55,338 nucleotides of DNA, from assembly GCA_000934665.2 (NCBI GenBank), contig JYFJ02002528.1, positions 1 to 55,338 of the forward strand. The letters are read 5' to 3'. A program made the translations under genes and the position numbers. The notes under the pieces were generated by a model. The model searched no databases. It was not told where the DNA came from and worked only from the letters and a program-made list of their open reading frames with translations. Shown here in pieces: positions 25,694 through 37,100 of this stretch. The stretch's first letter is position 1. Each line of letters begins with the position of its first letter. This DNA comes from Catajapyx aquilonaris (lineage: Eukaryota).

Positions 25694-28133
25694 TATAAAA
25701 AGAACCAGCGACTTCTGTATTATTATTATACAGTCGACATTTTTTCATATATTTTTTCTATGAGAAGGTAACATTACGAATGTTTATAAACCCATTACCC
25801 AACACCAATATTGTAACAACATGAAGCACGAAGCCATACGTACGATTAGTCTATATAGACAGACGCTCCATCTCTGATATTCCACGAGAACAAACAGATA
25901 TGGACGCTCCAATTGTATTTATACGGCTGATATCATCGTTAGAGACGTGACTACTCCGTGGAATCAGCAGTCATTTGTTTTCCTTCGTGTTTTGCATATA
26001 TGTGTGCACACGGCACATTTCTACGCTTCACTATTTAGCAGGCGATTAGCATCTCATCACTGTCAGCACTTCCTGAGGTGACGAATTTGACCCTGCATTA
26101 CTGATAGTGCTGAACGACGAATTAATTACAGTACGTATCATTATTCATTAGTATTTTCCATTCCCCCCTCCCCCTCCCTGCAACAATCTCTAATCACGCT
26201 GTCCGACATGCACGTTACAATTTTACGAATTATGGTCACATTTGCTCGGAGCAACCGTATTCGCTCAACTTGCTGACATCCAAAACTGTGTGTTTATGTA
26301 CCTTGCATCAGTCAGTGTCATAAGGGCGATAGGAGAACATGTTGGGTCCCCGATTTAACTCAGTCCCGGCCATTGTATTTGGGAAATGAAAAGGACAGCG
26401 CGTTTACGTCGGCCCGTTGGCACATTCAAAATATGCTATTTGACATCCCTGACGGTTTCCCTATTTCACGGCGTAGTAAGCCTTGGCTGGGGTAAAAATG
26501 TACTGACCTACTTCGGGCCGTTGGCTTGTCATCGACGAATGGCCATGATTTGCGGGCAAAAAAAGGGGGACAGAAGCCCATCGGTCTCAAATTTCATTAC
26601 CCACGAGGAGGCAGGGGTCGCTTCTTAAATGGGAGCCGATGGCTTTTCTCATCCAGTGCACGTAAGCGAATGTTGGTAATTCGGCCAGTGCCAGAACGAC
26701 GACCTGGCCCCACGATCTTTCCCAGCAAGAAGCTGACTCACCATCGTCGCCATTCAGGATCACCTAGAATGGAAACAAAAGTCGTGTCACAATCCTCTGC
26801 TCTTGAAGATGGTGACTAGCCGTCATAGACCCCTTGTGACTGAAGCGTTAATTTAAATTTGGCGCGCGAATATCTCTTAGTCACCCCTGAGGAAGAACAG
26901 GCGTGAGGAGGAGATAATCACCCGCTAAATTTGAATCGTAATCTGCCTGTCCTTTTCAAGAGAAGGGCTAAAAACGGGTAATTGCATGAATTTAGTGTCT
27001 GTCATAACCGAGCCAATTTCCCAGCAACTTTAGTCACACCTCACCCACCATTCCCACATTACGTACAGTATTTGTAGAGAAAAATGACACTTTGAACACC
27101 CCGAAACGCCGCGCTTACAGTATTATATGGCAACCTAACGCCGTCCTGCGTACCACAAATAACTTGTTCCTCATTGAAATTTGTTGAGCAGTTGTTAGCC
27201 TCCGGAGAACAGTAAGTGGTGAGAAATGTGGCAAATTTGTTCCCGCCGCTTTGATGTCGGGTCTCATCGCTGCGACGCTCAGGAGCCATATTCGCAGCGA
27301 TGGACTGCATACTTATGCACTTTTTCCCTACCAATTCTCCCTACACACTATTTTTTTTTGTTTCATTCCAGGAGAAAGGGGGTCATTTGGCAGGGCTTGG
27401 TAGTGACCCAGGACCTCCGTATAGTTTGATACTAGGTGGGGGCCTAAGCTCAACAAGATTTGGGCTCCCCGCCTTCCCTCCTTTAGGTTTGAAACGGCTG
27501 AAATTTCCGTCGGCCGCTTCTTTTTCTTCGCCTGTATTGTCCTGCTGGGACTCGTTGAATGCATTTCCTTCCCAGACTTCGTCCGGAGAAAAACGTTACC
27601 TACACGCCCATGCTCTTATGTAGACCTAGGCGCTGTTTTCTACACTCGTCCAATTGAAAACCTCAGCCTCCCTCCCTCCCTCCCTCCCTCTCCCATCACG
27701 TTATTTTGGGTTGGTAGGACACGTTGCGTTCTTTTATGCTGAGTTTCATTGGTGGAGCAATTGCCACTTGTTTTTCGGAAGTGAACAAGGGAGTTTGGGT
27801 TTAATGGCGGAATGGGCAGGTACAGTTAGGCAGTTGATTAGTCTCGGGATGCACGTTGCGTGTGCGAAACTCTAAATTACTGGGACAAGGGTAATTTTGT
27901 GCTCGTAGGGTAGCGCGCCACTGAGATTTACAGTGGACTTGTTGGACAGTTGCAGCATTTTAAATAATTCACTTAAAGGGGAACTGCAGTTGAAATCGGA
28001 AGTCAATATGGTGCTATTTTGGGCTGGAGGTCAGGTTGGGAACTTCTGGTCAAAATTTTAAAGCGAGATAATTATGACGTTCGTCAATATTGGGGTGAGG
28101 GAGTCATAGTAAAAATATTGGAAACTGTATGTA

Positions 28134-28273
28134 CTATGGGGCTCAAATTGATTTGGCCACTTTATCCTGGTCTTGAAGCAACCCTTCGCACAGGCCCCAC
28201 GTTGAGCAGGTGTGTGTGTGAAGGGTTGCTTCAAGACCAGGATAAAGTGGCCAAAACAATTTCAGCCCCATAG
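28134..28273. mobile_element. 140-bp foldback MITE with TA flanks (Tc1/mariner-type)
   Basis: 59-bp inverted arms at 28134-28192 and 28215-28273 (CTATGGGGCTSAAATTGWTTTGGCCACTTTATCCTGGTCTTGAAGCAACCCTTCRCACA; 3 mismatches), a 22-nt spacer, and TA immediately outside both ends. Confidence 0.85.
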
Positions 28274-29109
28274 TACAGTATAATTTAAAAAGTATACTGC
28301 GCTCCAAATGCGACACCACCATCTTCTGGGTGTATTGTGCCGTGCTTTCTGCATTTTATTGTAGTGGAAGCACGTTTGTAAAATCTGTATTGAGTTCGAG
28401 CAAATTTTATAATAATAAAACACTCTTGAATCCGGAAACAACAAGTTGCAATTTATCAGGTATATAACTACTGCATTTGTTCTCTATTTTCATAATAATT
28501 CAACGTCGTGGTAACAAAATACAGTAGTATAGGGTCATGTGCATAGTATAGTGATACTATTTCTCGAATTGATTTAAATTTAGACCTTGGTGCGTGCGTT
28601 TAAATAAAACCAGTGTTTAATCTAATTTCAGAGTGACGCTGTGATCACGTAGAATTGACGGATCATATTCAAGCTCAATTTTCCTGTGCTGTAATTCTAT
28701 CCAGGCATTTATTAAATGTGCATATTAATGTGTTTACCAAAATGCTCACTCCATTGAATTAATGCATTACAAAAGTGGTTCGGCCACCAGTTGCAAGACA
28801 CAAAGCCTGTAACGCTTGGAAATTCACTGTCGGATTTTTGAAGGGTCGGGGACAAGGACATCAACTCGTGTATTAAAATGGAAGCGTATTCCACTGCATA
28901 ATCATACAATCTAAAAATAGGTCTGCATATAATTTTTCTCACGAAAGAAATCTTACTAAATTAACTCAGAATTGTAGCATATTTTAAAAAGTTTTGACAA
29001 ACCGGGAATAGATATTACAGTATTTGGCCAGTCATGCTCATTTCTACTTGGCATTAAGAAGTGTATCATTATATAGTGCGGTAGTGTCAAATGTATACAT
29101 GAATTGTGG

Positions 29110-29166
29110 TACTACTGCTACTGCTGCTGCTGCTGCTGCTGCTACTACTACTACTACAACTACTAC
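29110..29166. repeat. Compound (GCT)n/(ACT)n microsatellite
   Basis: tactactgctactgctgctgctgct...gctactactactactacaactactac. Confidence 0.9.
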
Positions 29167-29466
29167 GAAAATAAATGAGAATGATAATAATGTAATGGAC
29201 ATTGGTAACTGGTTACACGAGGGATTTTCTGAATAACCTGTGTAAATGAATACTTCAGTCCCTATAACTTTGCACTGTATACAGTATATCTAGCCTCTGC
29301 GCTCTGAATCTATTTCTGACCTTGATAACCCACTGTATTGGTTTACCTGTAACTACATTTTATCAATTTGACAGCATAGGCTTTCAAACTAGTTAGCAAG
29401 CCCTCTTTCCTTGGTAGCGTCGGATCGTATTGTTAGCTTTAATCCACTGATCATAGGTACAAGACG

Positions 29467-29501
29467 CTCATTTGTGGACCCCTCTCTTTCTCTCTTTACA
29501 G
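29467..29501 (+). other. 3' splice site (branch point, polypyrimidine tract, AG) of the Ig exon
   Basis: CTCAT branch-like motif at 29467-29471, a pyrimidine run at about 29479-29497, and CAG ending at 29501. Confidence 0.8.
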
Positions 29502-29612
29502 TTCCTCCGAAAACTCCAGTGATCACTGACGACACAGGAATCGATCGGAGTCTGTTCGTGGGTCCCTACACGGAAGGCTCAACGCTCCTCTTGCACTGCG
29601 AGGTCATGGGAG
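29502..29612 (+). CDS. Internal coding exon of a Sidestep-family (nephrin-like) immunoglobulin-superfamily protein, N-terminal half of an Ig domain
   Basis: Pyrimidine tract ctctctttctctctttacAG (AG at 29500-29501) and donor G|GTGAGT (GT at 29613-29614) bound a 111-nt phase 1-1 exon reading (V)PPKTPVITDDTGIDRSLFVGPYTEGSTLLLHCEVMG(G). This matches the VPPxxPxIxDxxG...GPYxEGxxLxLxCxVxGG(xPxP) pattern I recognise from the second Ig domain of arthropod Sidestep proteins. The paralog cannot be assigned from one exon. Confidence 0.9.
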
Positions 29613-29618
29613 GTGAGT
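29613..29618 (+). other. 5' splice donor of the Ig exon
   Basis: Consensus AG|GTGAGT, located where the Ig-like peptide similarity ends. Confidence 0.85.
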
Positions 29619-30591
29619 ACCCTATGCTTGACATTTCCACTTACTGGGCACACCTCTCAAATGCCAAAGTTCATCGGTGTCACTTCAATCCCACTGTGTG
29701 GAATTGCGGTGCCGCAGGCTGTTGATCGTCTGAAAAGGTTGAGGAGGAATAAGGGAGGTTTGGGTTCTCTATACGTTTACCCTGACTTCATCCTGCTGGT
29801 TAGATAACCTACGCGCTTCTATTGTCTGGCAGAATGTCTACTTGCCAGGAGCTACTTTTAGGGCAACTATTTTTGTATAGTGAAATTGATTTTTAGATTT
29901 TGCATAATATAAAGTGCTCCATTTAAAAATTGCTTTCGAGAAATAATGAAGAAATTATTAGCTGGTTCATATTAATTACGGTACACTTCAACCTGATAAT
30001 TTCTGCGCAGCTTTAGACACTAGTTTTTGTTTTAACACATGAAAATACAGGAGAGTTTAAAATCCCGAAATAAAAATAGCAATATTTACAATATTATTTC
30101 ATGCAGTGTAAACGCCCTGCAAAGTTCATATATAACCGTAGTTGGAATATTTTATTATCCACGGCTAATTTTGTTAGAAACAAAAATTCTGTACACAATA
30201 CCAGTGTTATATTCCACTGCATACTAAAATAAGGCAGAAGCGGCATTAGCGAACATTTTTATTTGTGTAGCTTGCGCCCCCGGTTTTTAATCCTGTTTTT
30301 GAACAGCCTTGTCAAGAATTAGCACATTATTCGGCTGTTATGGTCTAAATAGCATGACACCTAAAGTACTACACCATACAGGTTAAGCTGCAAGCCAGAA
30401 GCTTCAACCTTTCATATAATGAATTGACCAGAAAAAACTACATCCTCTCAGAGCATATAGTGTGAACTCCCCTTTACTATTTGATCAAGCTTAAAAATTA
30501 CATGAAACACCAATGCACTATTGACATCCTCTTAAAAGGGCGAGCTACGCTCAAACTACACAAAACATCAAAAATAACGTTTAAATCGTAA

Positions 30592-30654
30592 GATTATTAT
30601 AATTATATTCCGATTATTATTATTCCGATTTATTATATTCCGATTATTATTATT
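30592..30654. repeat. Three-copy 15-bp tandem repeat (TATTCCGATTATTAT-like) in ATT-rich sequence
   Basis: TATTCCGATT occurs at 30606, 30621 and 30636. Confidence 0.85.
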
Positions 30655-31211
30655 AAATCTTCAGTAGTGCCGGCATTTCGGGATGAGTGTGGGCTCTTAG
30701 CCAGAATACAGAGCAGGCTTAAATATGTAGATAGGCTCATATTGCACAAGTATGAATACGAGGTGCTGACAGGCGCATGTCCCTTACTTCACACAGCTGG
30801 AGAGAGTGTGAATTAGAAGCAGTGATATATACGACGGGCAGCTGCGCCCACGATCGATAGCTTATGGCGAAAAACCGCTAATCATCCAAACGAGACTACC
30901 GCAGCCTTTAACTCACGTCACACACGTGAACTCCGCAATTCCAACACCATCGAATGGATGCAACAGCAGCCAGCTTTTGAATCCACTCTCTTCGTATACA
31001 CGCTAAAAAAATCATCATTAATTATTATAAGCAAAAAATAATAATCAAAAAATGGCGAGCATAAGAGGCTTGAGCTGTCAATTTCAGCTTGCTGAACAGA
31101 TTTCAGAAGAGACATGAATAGATAGTGAATGAAGTGGGGTGCGCTAATACGCGGAATTCAATTATCGGAATTAGGGCCACTTTCATGTAAATGGACAAGT
31201 GTTTAGATATT

Positions 31212-31270
31212 CAGCGTGATGGGTAGTGTTGGTTGGTGGAAGGGAAGAGGCTTCTAGGTTCAAGTCCTGA
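31212..31270 (+). mobile_element. Possible decayed tRNA-SINE head
   Basis: An A-box-like CAGCGTGATGGG is followed about 45 nt later by B box GGTTCAAGTCC (31257-31267). No body, tail or TSD was seen. Confidence 0.3.
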
Positions 31271-31914
31271 AGTGATGAATTCGACGATTGCTGGCGGGCC
31301 TTCCGATGTACGTGGAGTACTTTGTCACAGAGGGAGGTTGTGATCGATAATAACGCATTCTATGAAAACAGTGCTACCAATAGAGGCTGAATTCACCCAT
31401 TTTGGATATGTTTAAAGCCAAACAGCTACTGCTAATCATATTATGTGCACCATTTCTGAAGACACATCTGGAGCATGTTAGAAAAGTTTTTTTTTTCTTT
31501 AGTGACATGGCTTGGAAAAGGTCACAGCTTATTCGGTACATATCACTCCCAGGCTGCCAGTTGTATTATGAAAATTTAATTTGTGGCCATCCTGTATGTT
31601 GGCGGAACTGGCGGAATGTGAGGATGCGTGCAAAGTAGCTGAACTGTGACGGGATGGGAAAGGGATGTGTGCAAGTCGGCGATTTCTGCCTCTCACACCC
31701 CCTCACCCCCCCACCCTTTCGGGCTCTCTGCCAGCCTTGTAATAAACGTTGCCCGTAAATCCTATTTTATAGCCGTCATATTCCGCAGCCAACACTTGAT
31801 TGTCGGCGGCAGAATCGAAACTTCTACTTGAACACTTCATTTTGTTTGCATGAAAGCGACACCGGAACATTTTGGGATCGAATCCACCGAGAGGAAAGGG
31901 GGCGTGCAAAGGAT

Positions 31915-31961
31915 GAGGAGGAAGAAGAAGTAGTAGTAGAAGAAGAAGAAGAAAAAAAAAA
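31915..31961. repeat. Compound (GAG)(GAA)(GTA)(GAA) microsatellite with A run
   Basis: gaggaggaagaagaagtagtagtagaagaagaagaagaaaaaaaaaa. Confidence 0.8.
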
Positions 31962-33685
31962 TCGTTTGGTTTCTTCCCTGTTTGCATTCAGGGAAGGACC
32001 ATTCAGTCTGCTTCACTGACTTAGGATTTTGCTGTCGAACCTCAGAGTGTCTTACATTTCCAACCTACCGTATGTAACCAGATAATTATGTTGACATATT
32101 CAGTGGCATGGTAACCTGCCATCTTAGGGTTTTTCGGCAGTTGGCTAAGGGATAGAGAGACAGGAGTTTTTGGTGTGGGAAGGTGCGCAATATAGTACTG
32201 ATGTGAATTGACACTCTTCAGCGCCATTCATTTTTCTAATAAATTGCAGCGCTACGAAACGGAAGTGAAATTCACTGTAATGAAGACTTCAACTTTATTG
32301 CATTTCCCTTGCAAATTCGTAAAAGTTTCCAAATGAAGTCTCCATATGTTCGTTCTAAGCACTGAAGGCAAGGGGAAATAATTTACAATTCCGATGTAAT
32401 GTTTAACTTTGCACTTTGCAGTATTCTCAGGTGCACGTGTGCTCTAGTCAATTCGCATATTTTAAGGCGGTCGTTACGCTGAAAAATAATCTGCCTTTAA
32501 TAACAGTGTGAATCCCACGGTGTAGTTTAGCAATAAAATTCCGTCGTCAAGTCACGGCAATTTTAGTCCGCATTAAAAAAGTGTCGTATCTTGTGGAAAA
32601 TCCTACTTTACAAAATTGCGGAACATAGGACCAAAATTAATGCTGACAGGTACAGTCGGGTACACTGTATTACAAACTCGCTCTACCACACCCTTCCACA
32701 CTTCAATTAGTTAATGAAAGTTAATATTAATTGTACAGTATACAGAGCAGCTTTTTTTCGTCATATCCCGAATGCTACTTTCAATTCAATCAATATTTAA
32801 TTTTATGATCAAAAGCGAACTTGTTTCGCCCAACTTTATAGTTCTGAAAGCTATTAAAGTAAAAGCAAATAAAAAGTATGTCCAATTTCAGTTATATTAC
32901 AGTATTTATAACATTTGGATTGTACTCCAAAACCCTAGGCTCCATGAACTTTGACACTGCGGTGGACTCCTACAGTAGACTACATACAATATAAAATATT
33001 TAAAAAATTATGCATAGGGAAAACTTGACTTTGGAAAAGGTGCCGCCACAACGACGCCTGTAAAGCCCAAACTGAATTTGGTAATTGGAGCATGCACTGT
33101 ATGAGGAAACGGTAGGGATAGGCGTTTCCCAGCGGAGTCGGCGTGTCGACTACCACAAGGAAAGGGTACTTTGGAATTGTTCCGGCTCTCACGTAGCCGG
33201 GTGGACTATGGGGCGGCTTCTCTTTCAATGATGGGTTGCAGGTTTCAAAGGAAAAGAGCTAAGGCTTGTTTCTCTTTGCATCTAATTATCCTCATTAGGG
33301 GTACCACCAGAGTCCAATGGCTCCCTCTACTTTCGATTTGAAAATGTTGCAATGAAATGGTGTCATTCTTCGTGCATTTCAGTTACATTTGGAAAACAGA
33401 CTTACAGCAAAAGACGAGCTCGTTCTCTCTCACTAAAGCCGCATAAAAATGGATCTGAGAATCCTCGGTGGTAATGGAAATGTCCATGTAAATTTTCTCA
33501 GATCGTTTGACCGCTCTTGGAATCTCCGACTAGAAAATTTTTCCCCCTCGAATCTACGTGTGAACACCGAACTTCCTTTAGCGAGCGACGAAAATGATGT
33601 AAGGATGGCTTCCGATTACTAGGATGTTATCACCGTCCAAGTGTAAGACGAGGCGCCATCCAGGTCCAATGTAATTTCAGTCCTA

Positions 33686-33750
33686 GCCTAGGGATTTGAA
33701 CTCGAATTACGAGCAGGGGCCTGCAGACGGTCTCTTTATAACTGAACGTT
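33686..33750 (-). mobile_element. Possible decayed tRNA-SINE head
   Basis: Minus-strand B box GAGTTCAAATCCC (33691-33703) with only a weak A-box remnant at a plausible distance. Confidence 0.3.
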
Positions 33751-33879
33751 ATTAAGGTGCAAGTTTAAATAAGACACTGTAGTTTGATCAACATTACAGT
33801 GATACTGTGTGTTACAGAGTGTATACAGTGCTACTGACAACTTTTGCATTTACCTGCCGACCCGCTGCTTCTACTATAC

Positions 33880-34108
33880 TAGATTAATTTTTTACGAGCG
33901 CAACCGAGTGAGCACCCACACTTGCGCAAGTCCATTGTTCCGACAACAACGTTGCCACAGTTTCTTCTCAGGGGCCTCTAAGATTCGTTCTAGAGCCTTG
34001 AAAACATCGCAAATGTAGGCCATATTGTTACCCCCTCAAGCTTAGTGTTGGAAACAATTTGCGCAAACTGTGCTGCACACTCGGTTGCACCCATAAAAAA
34101 TTCATCTA
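33880..34108. mobile_element. Older ~230-bp MITE-like element with degenerate long terminal inverted repeats
   Basis: Left end TAGATTAATTTTTTACGAGCGCAACCGAGTGAGCACCCACACTTGCGCAA aligns with the right-end reverse complement TAGATGAATTTTTTATGGGTGCAACCGAGTGTGCAGCACAGTTTGCGCAA over about 50 bp with several substitutions. Confidence 0.7.
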
Positions 34109-37100
34109 AAGGAATATGACCAGAATTGGCGCAGAAGTGCCACCTGTCACATAAACGATCTTGTCATATCGAAAGAAAAATTAAATGAAGACCCTTCTGT
34201 GCACCTTTCACGCCATCAGGTGGCCAAAACCCTCCCAATTGATCGTAAAGGGTTATAAACACCAGAGGATGATTATTTACAGAAGAGGAGAGCTATAAAT
34301 GGCAGTGCAATAGCTTGGAATTGCCGCAATTAATTCAACCTGTCAAGCTGAGCCGGGTCCAATCGTCCAAAATGCAGTTTCCATATTTCTTCTTGGCATC
34401 ACTCATCCCCCGGAAGGAGCCATTTACATAGCTCCCTTTAGTGAAGGTGAGACATGTCCTTTCCGTCTGTGAAGGTATTACTCTCGCAAGTTGGGAAAAT
34501 CGCCCCAAATGCCTTTTCCTAAGCGGAGGATTGAAGAAACTTTGAAAAGGCTTAATTGGAAGTTGCAGAGTTTTCAGCTTGTCAATCCCGCGTGTAGTGC
34601 ATGAATGACGTATGGAAGCTACTAGACCGTGAAATCTTTTGCTCGTTTTAATGAAGAATCTCCTTTAATCCTATTATAGTCTAGCAACCCCTCCCTCCTC
34701 CTCTACCCTCCAGTACCCCCATCTTCCTCCCCTTTTTCCTAGAGAGAACTTATCTCTCACTCTTCCTGATCTCCAAAGTTGGGACTTGGAAACCGTGTTT
34801 GAGAGCGGATCCTCCACAAGGCCAAATGGCGTGGAATTGAGCTCGGAGGAAAATTTCCTCCCTCTTATTGTTCAGCCAGTACGCTACGAAGTATCTTACC
34901 GTGTACTCATTATTGATCATAGCAGGCACGTGGAAAACTTTCCTATGAATAAAGAAGGTACAGAAACGTCTGAATCTGTTTCCTCATGTTCAGACTTGCA
35001 TGGGGAATTATGCAGACATAATTCTCAGAAGCTTGATATAATTTGTATCAAGCTTTCTGAGTGAGACCCTTACACCTTAGCCTCCTATTTCATGTAGGGA
35101 GCTGGGGAGAGAGGTAATTATGCACCTGGGTCTAGAGTAGATTTAGGCAAAAGGGGTGGACTTAATAAATCCGGTCTTGCACCCCCGAAAAGAATCCAGT
35201 GAAATGTCCACACAAATAGAATTTAGGGAAATTTTACACAAATCCGTCAAAATCCACCATCAATAAAGACGACTCCGTAGCCAATCAGGGAATATTCAAA
35301 TACAGTCAATTAACATATATCCGGATTAATCGACACCAAATCCTTACAAATCGTGGTGCCCTTTTTTTCTTGGTAGCACTTTTGGGTAAAGCTAGTGGCT
35401 TTCAAAAACACAGAGTGTAGATCGACAAGAGAATGAAATATATTGGCTCACATAATCATGATATTCATAGACGAAATTTATTGAAGACCAAATTAAATGG
35501 AATATCCCACCCAATTATTGAATAAAATAAGAAATGTTTTTTCAAAGCTGCATTATTGTAATGCACATCTTAATGACAGATATTAACTGATTCTACTTAT
35601 GTTAATAATAGTCACATTTGCATAATCACATAATTAGGAAAGTTTAGCCTACTTTTTACCTGCGCAATAATTAGCACCTCCTTGCCACATCCTTTAGTGA
35701 TGCCCACTGCAGTATATAGTACTTGCAGGGAGTTCCAAAATACGAGGGGTTTCCAAGTATTTTTTTACGATCTCATGGGCGGCATGCAAGGGTCCCAAAA
35801 GTGCAACAAAAACAAATAGCACTATATTTTGTCATTGCGCCCTGAGTTTTTTTTCAGTGTGTCTAGTTGATGCGATGGAAGGTGTGGCAAATAAACACTA
35901 GGAGCCCCGAAATTTCCTGGCGGTTAGGTTGGCGGGGTGTGGCAACGCCATTTTTCATCGCGAATCCCTTCGTATCATTGTAGTTGACGTGGCTATTACT
36001 CGAGCGGCCCATTTCTCCACCTCCTTTCCTGCCCCCCTGCTAGATTTCCTGAGTAATTCAGTAACGATTAATTGAACGGGTGCAAGTGCTACCGCACAGG
36101 GAAGACATCCATCTTCTCCACTTAGCCACCGATCCAAACAAGTTGGAACCGAGGTTTCTGCTTTGGACTTGAGGCCTGGTTGGCTGGCTCTGCTGCCCAC
36201 CACCAAATTTCCTACAGGCCATGGCCCTTCATTTTTTTGCAACACTTATACACATTGCAAAAACATACTCTCCACAGCTAATGGCTACTTCTTATCATTT
36301 TTTACCAGGATTTTCAGAGATCAAGTGCAAAGTTAGAAGTGTTTCTGTGAGGATTTTAGGACTTAAAGTTAACTGCCTGTGTTATCAGGAGAATTAAAAG
36401 GAGTTTGTGATGGCATTTACACTAAATTATTTGTACATGAACTTTTCTGCAATCAAAACTAGTTCAGTTCATTAATTGATAGCAGGCCTACATTTATTTA
36501 GGAATATTTGGTGTGTTCTAATGCTTTTTATGCTATGTATAGAGTGGATCTGATACATGCACAATGTGTCTTGCTGTATTGATCAACTACAGTAGTTTGG
36601 GATATAACAGGGTATGGGTTTTTTTTATAGCCACGCGGGTAATTTTTAAAACCAAGCATAGTAAAAAAAATGCAGATAAACAGGGTCGATACCCAACTAT
36701 AGCGGAATAGACATCACATAAGTTTACCAGTGATCACGTTGTCAATGCGGAGTCGACATACAACAACAATAATATTATGGACCTAGACAAAAGTCACAGG
36801 TCATAAACCTCGTACTAGTCGTACATGTTACAAATACACCATACCTGCACTTGAATTTTTGAAACTGATCACATTTGCATGGTAATTTTATTATAACTTA
36901 CCATACATTAATATAAGAAATGTATTATGCCTTCCTTTTTGGGTATATTTCAACACCCAGTGAAATATAAGCAATATATGTGACAAAGTTCCGTCCATGT
37001 CTTATGAAAGAACGACATTAAAGTCTCCAGGCAATTGCTGCAATACGCCTAGTCCACATACATCACGCAAACACTTGTCCTATTGCACCATTATGTGTCT

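Noticed and set aside
26800..26852. Penelope-type hammerhead ribozyme (TTGAAGATGG...TGAAGCGTT)
   Set aside because: The CUGANGA and GAAA core boxes are not intact and the stems could not be built. The same applies to CTGATGA near 45579.
29411..29725. The 104-aa ORF as a complete gene
   Set aside because: It starts at TTG, and only the splice-bounded middle part is Ig-like.
35741..35770. Mariner-like TIR start TACGAGGGGT (also TACACGGTGTCCCA near 18452)
   Set aside because: No partner inverted repeat was found nearby, and the match is too short to support an element.
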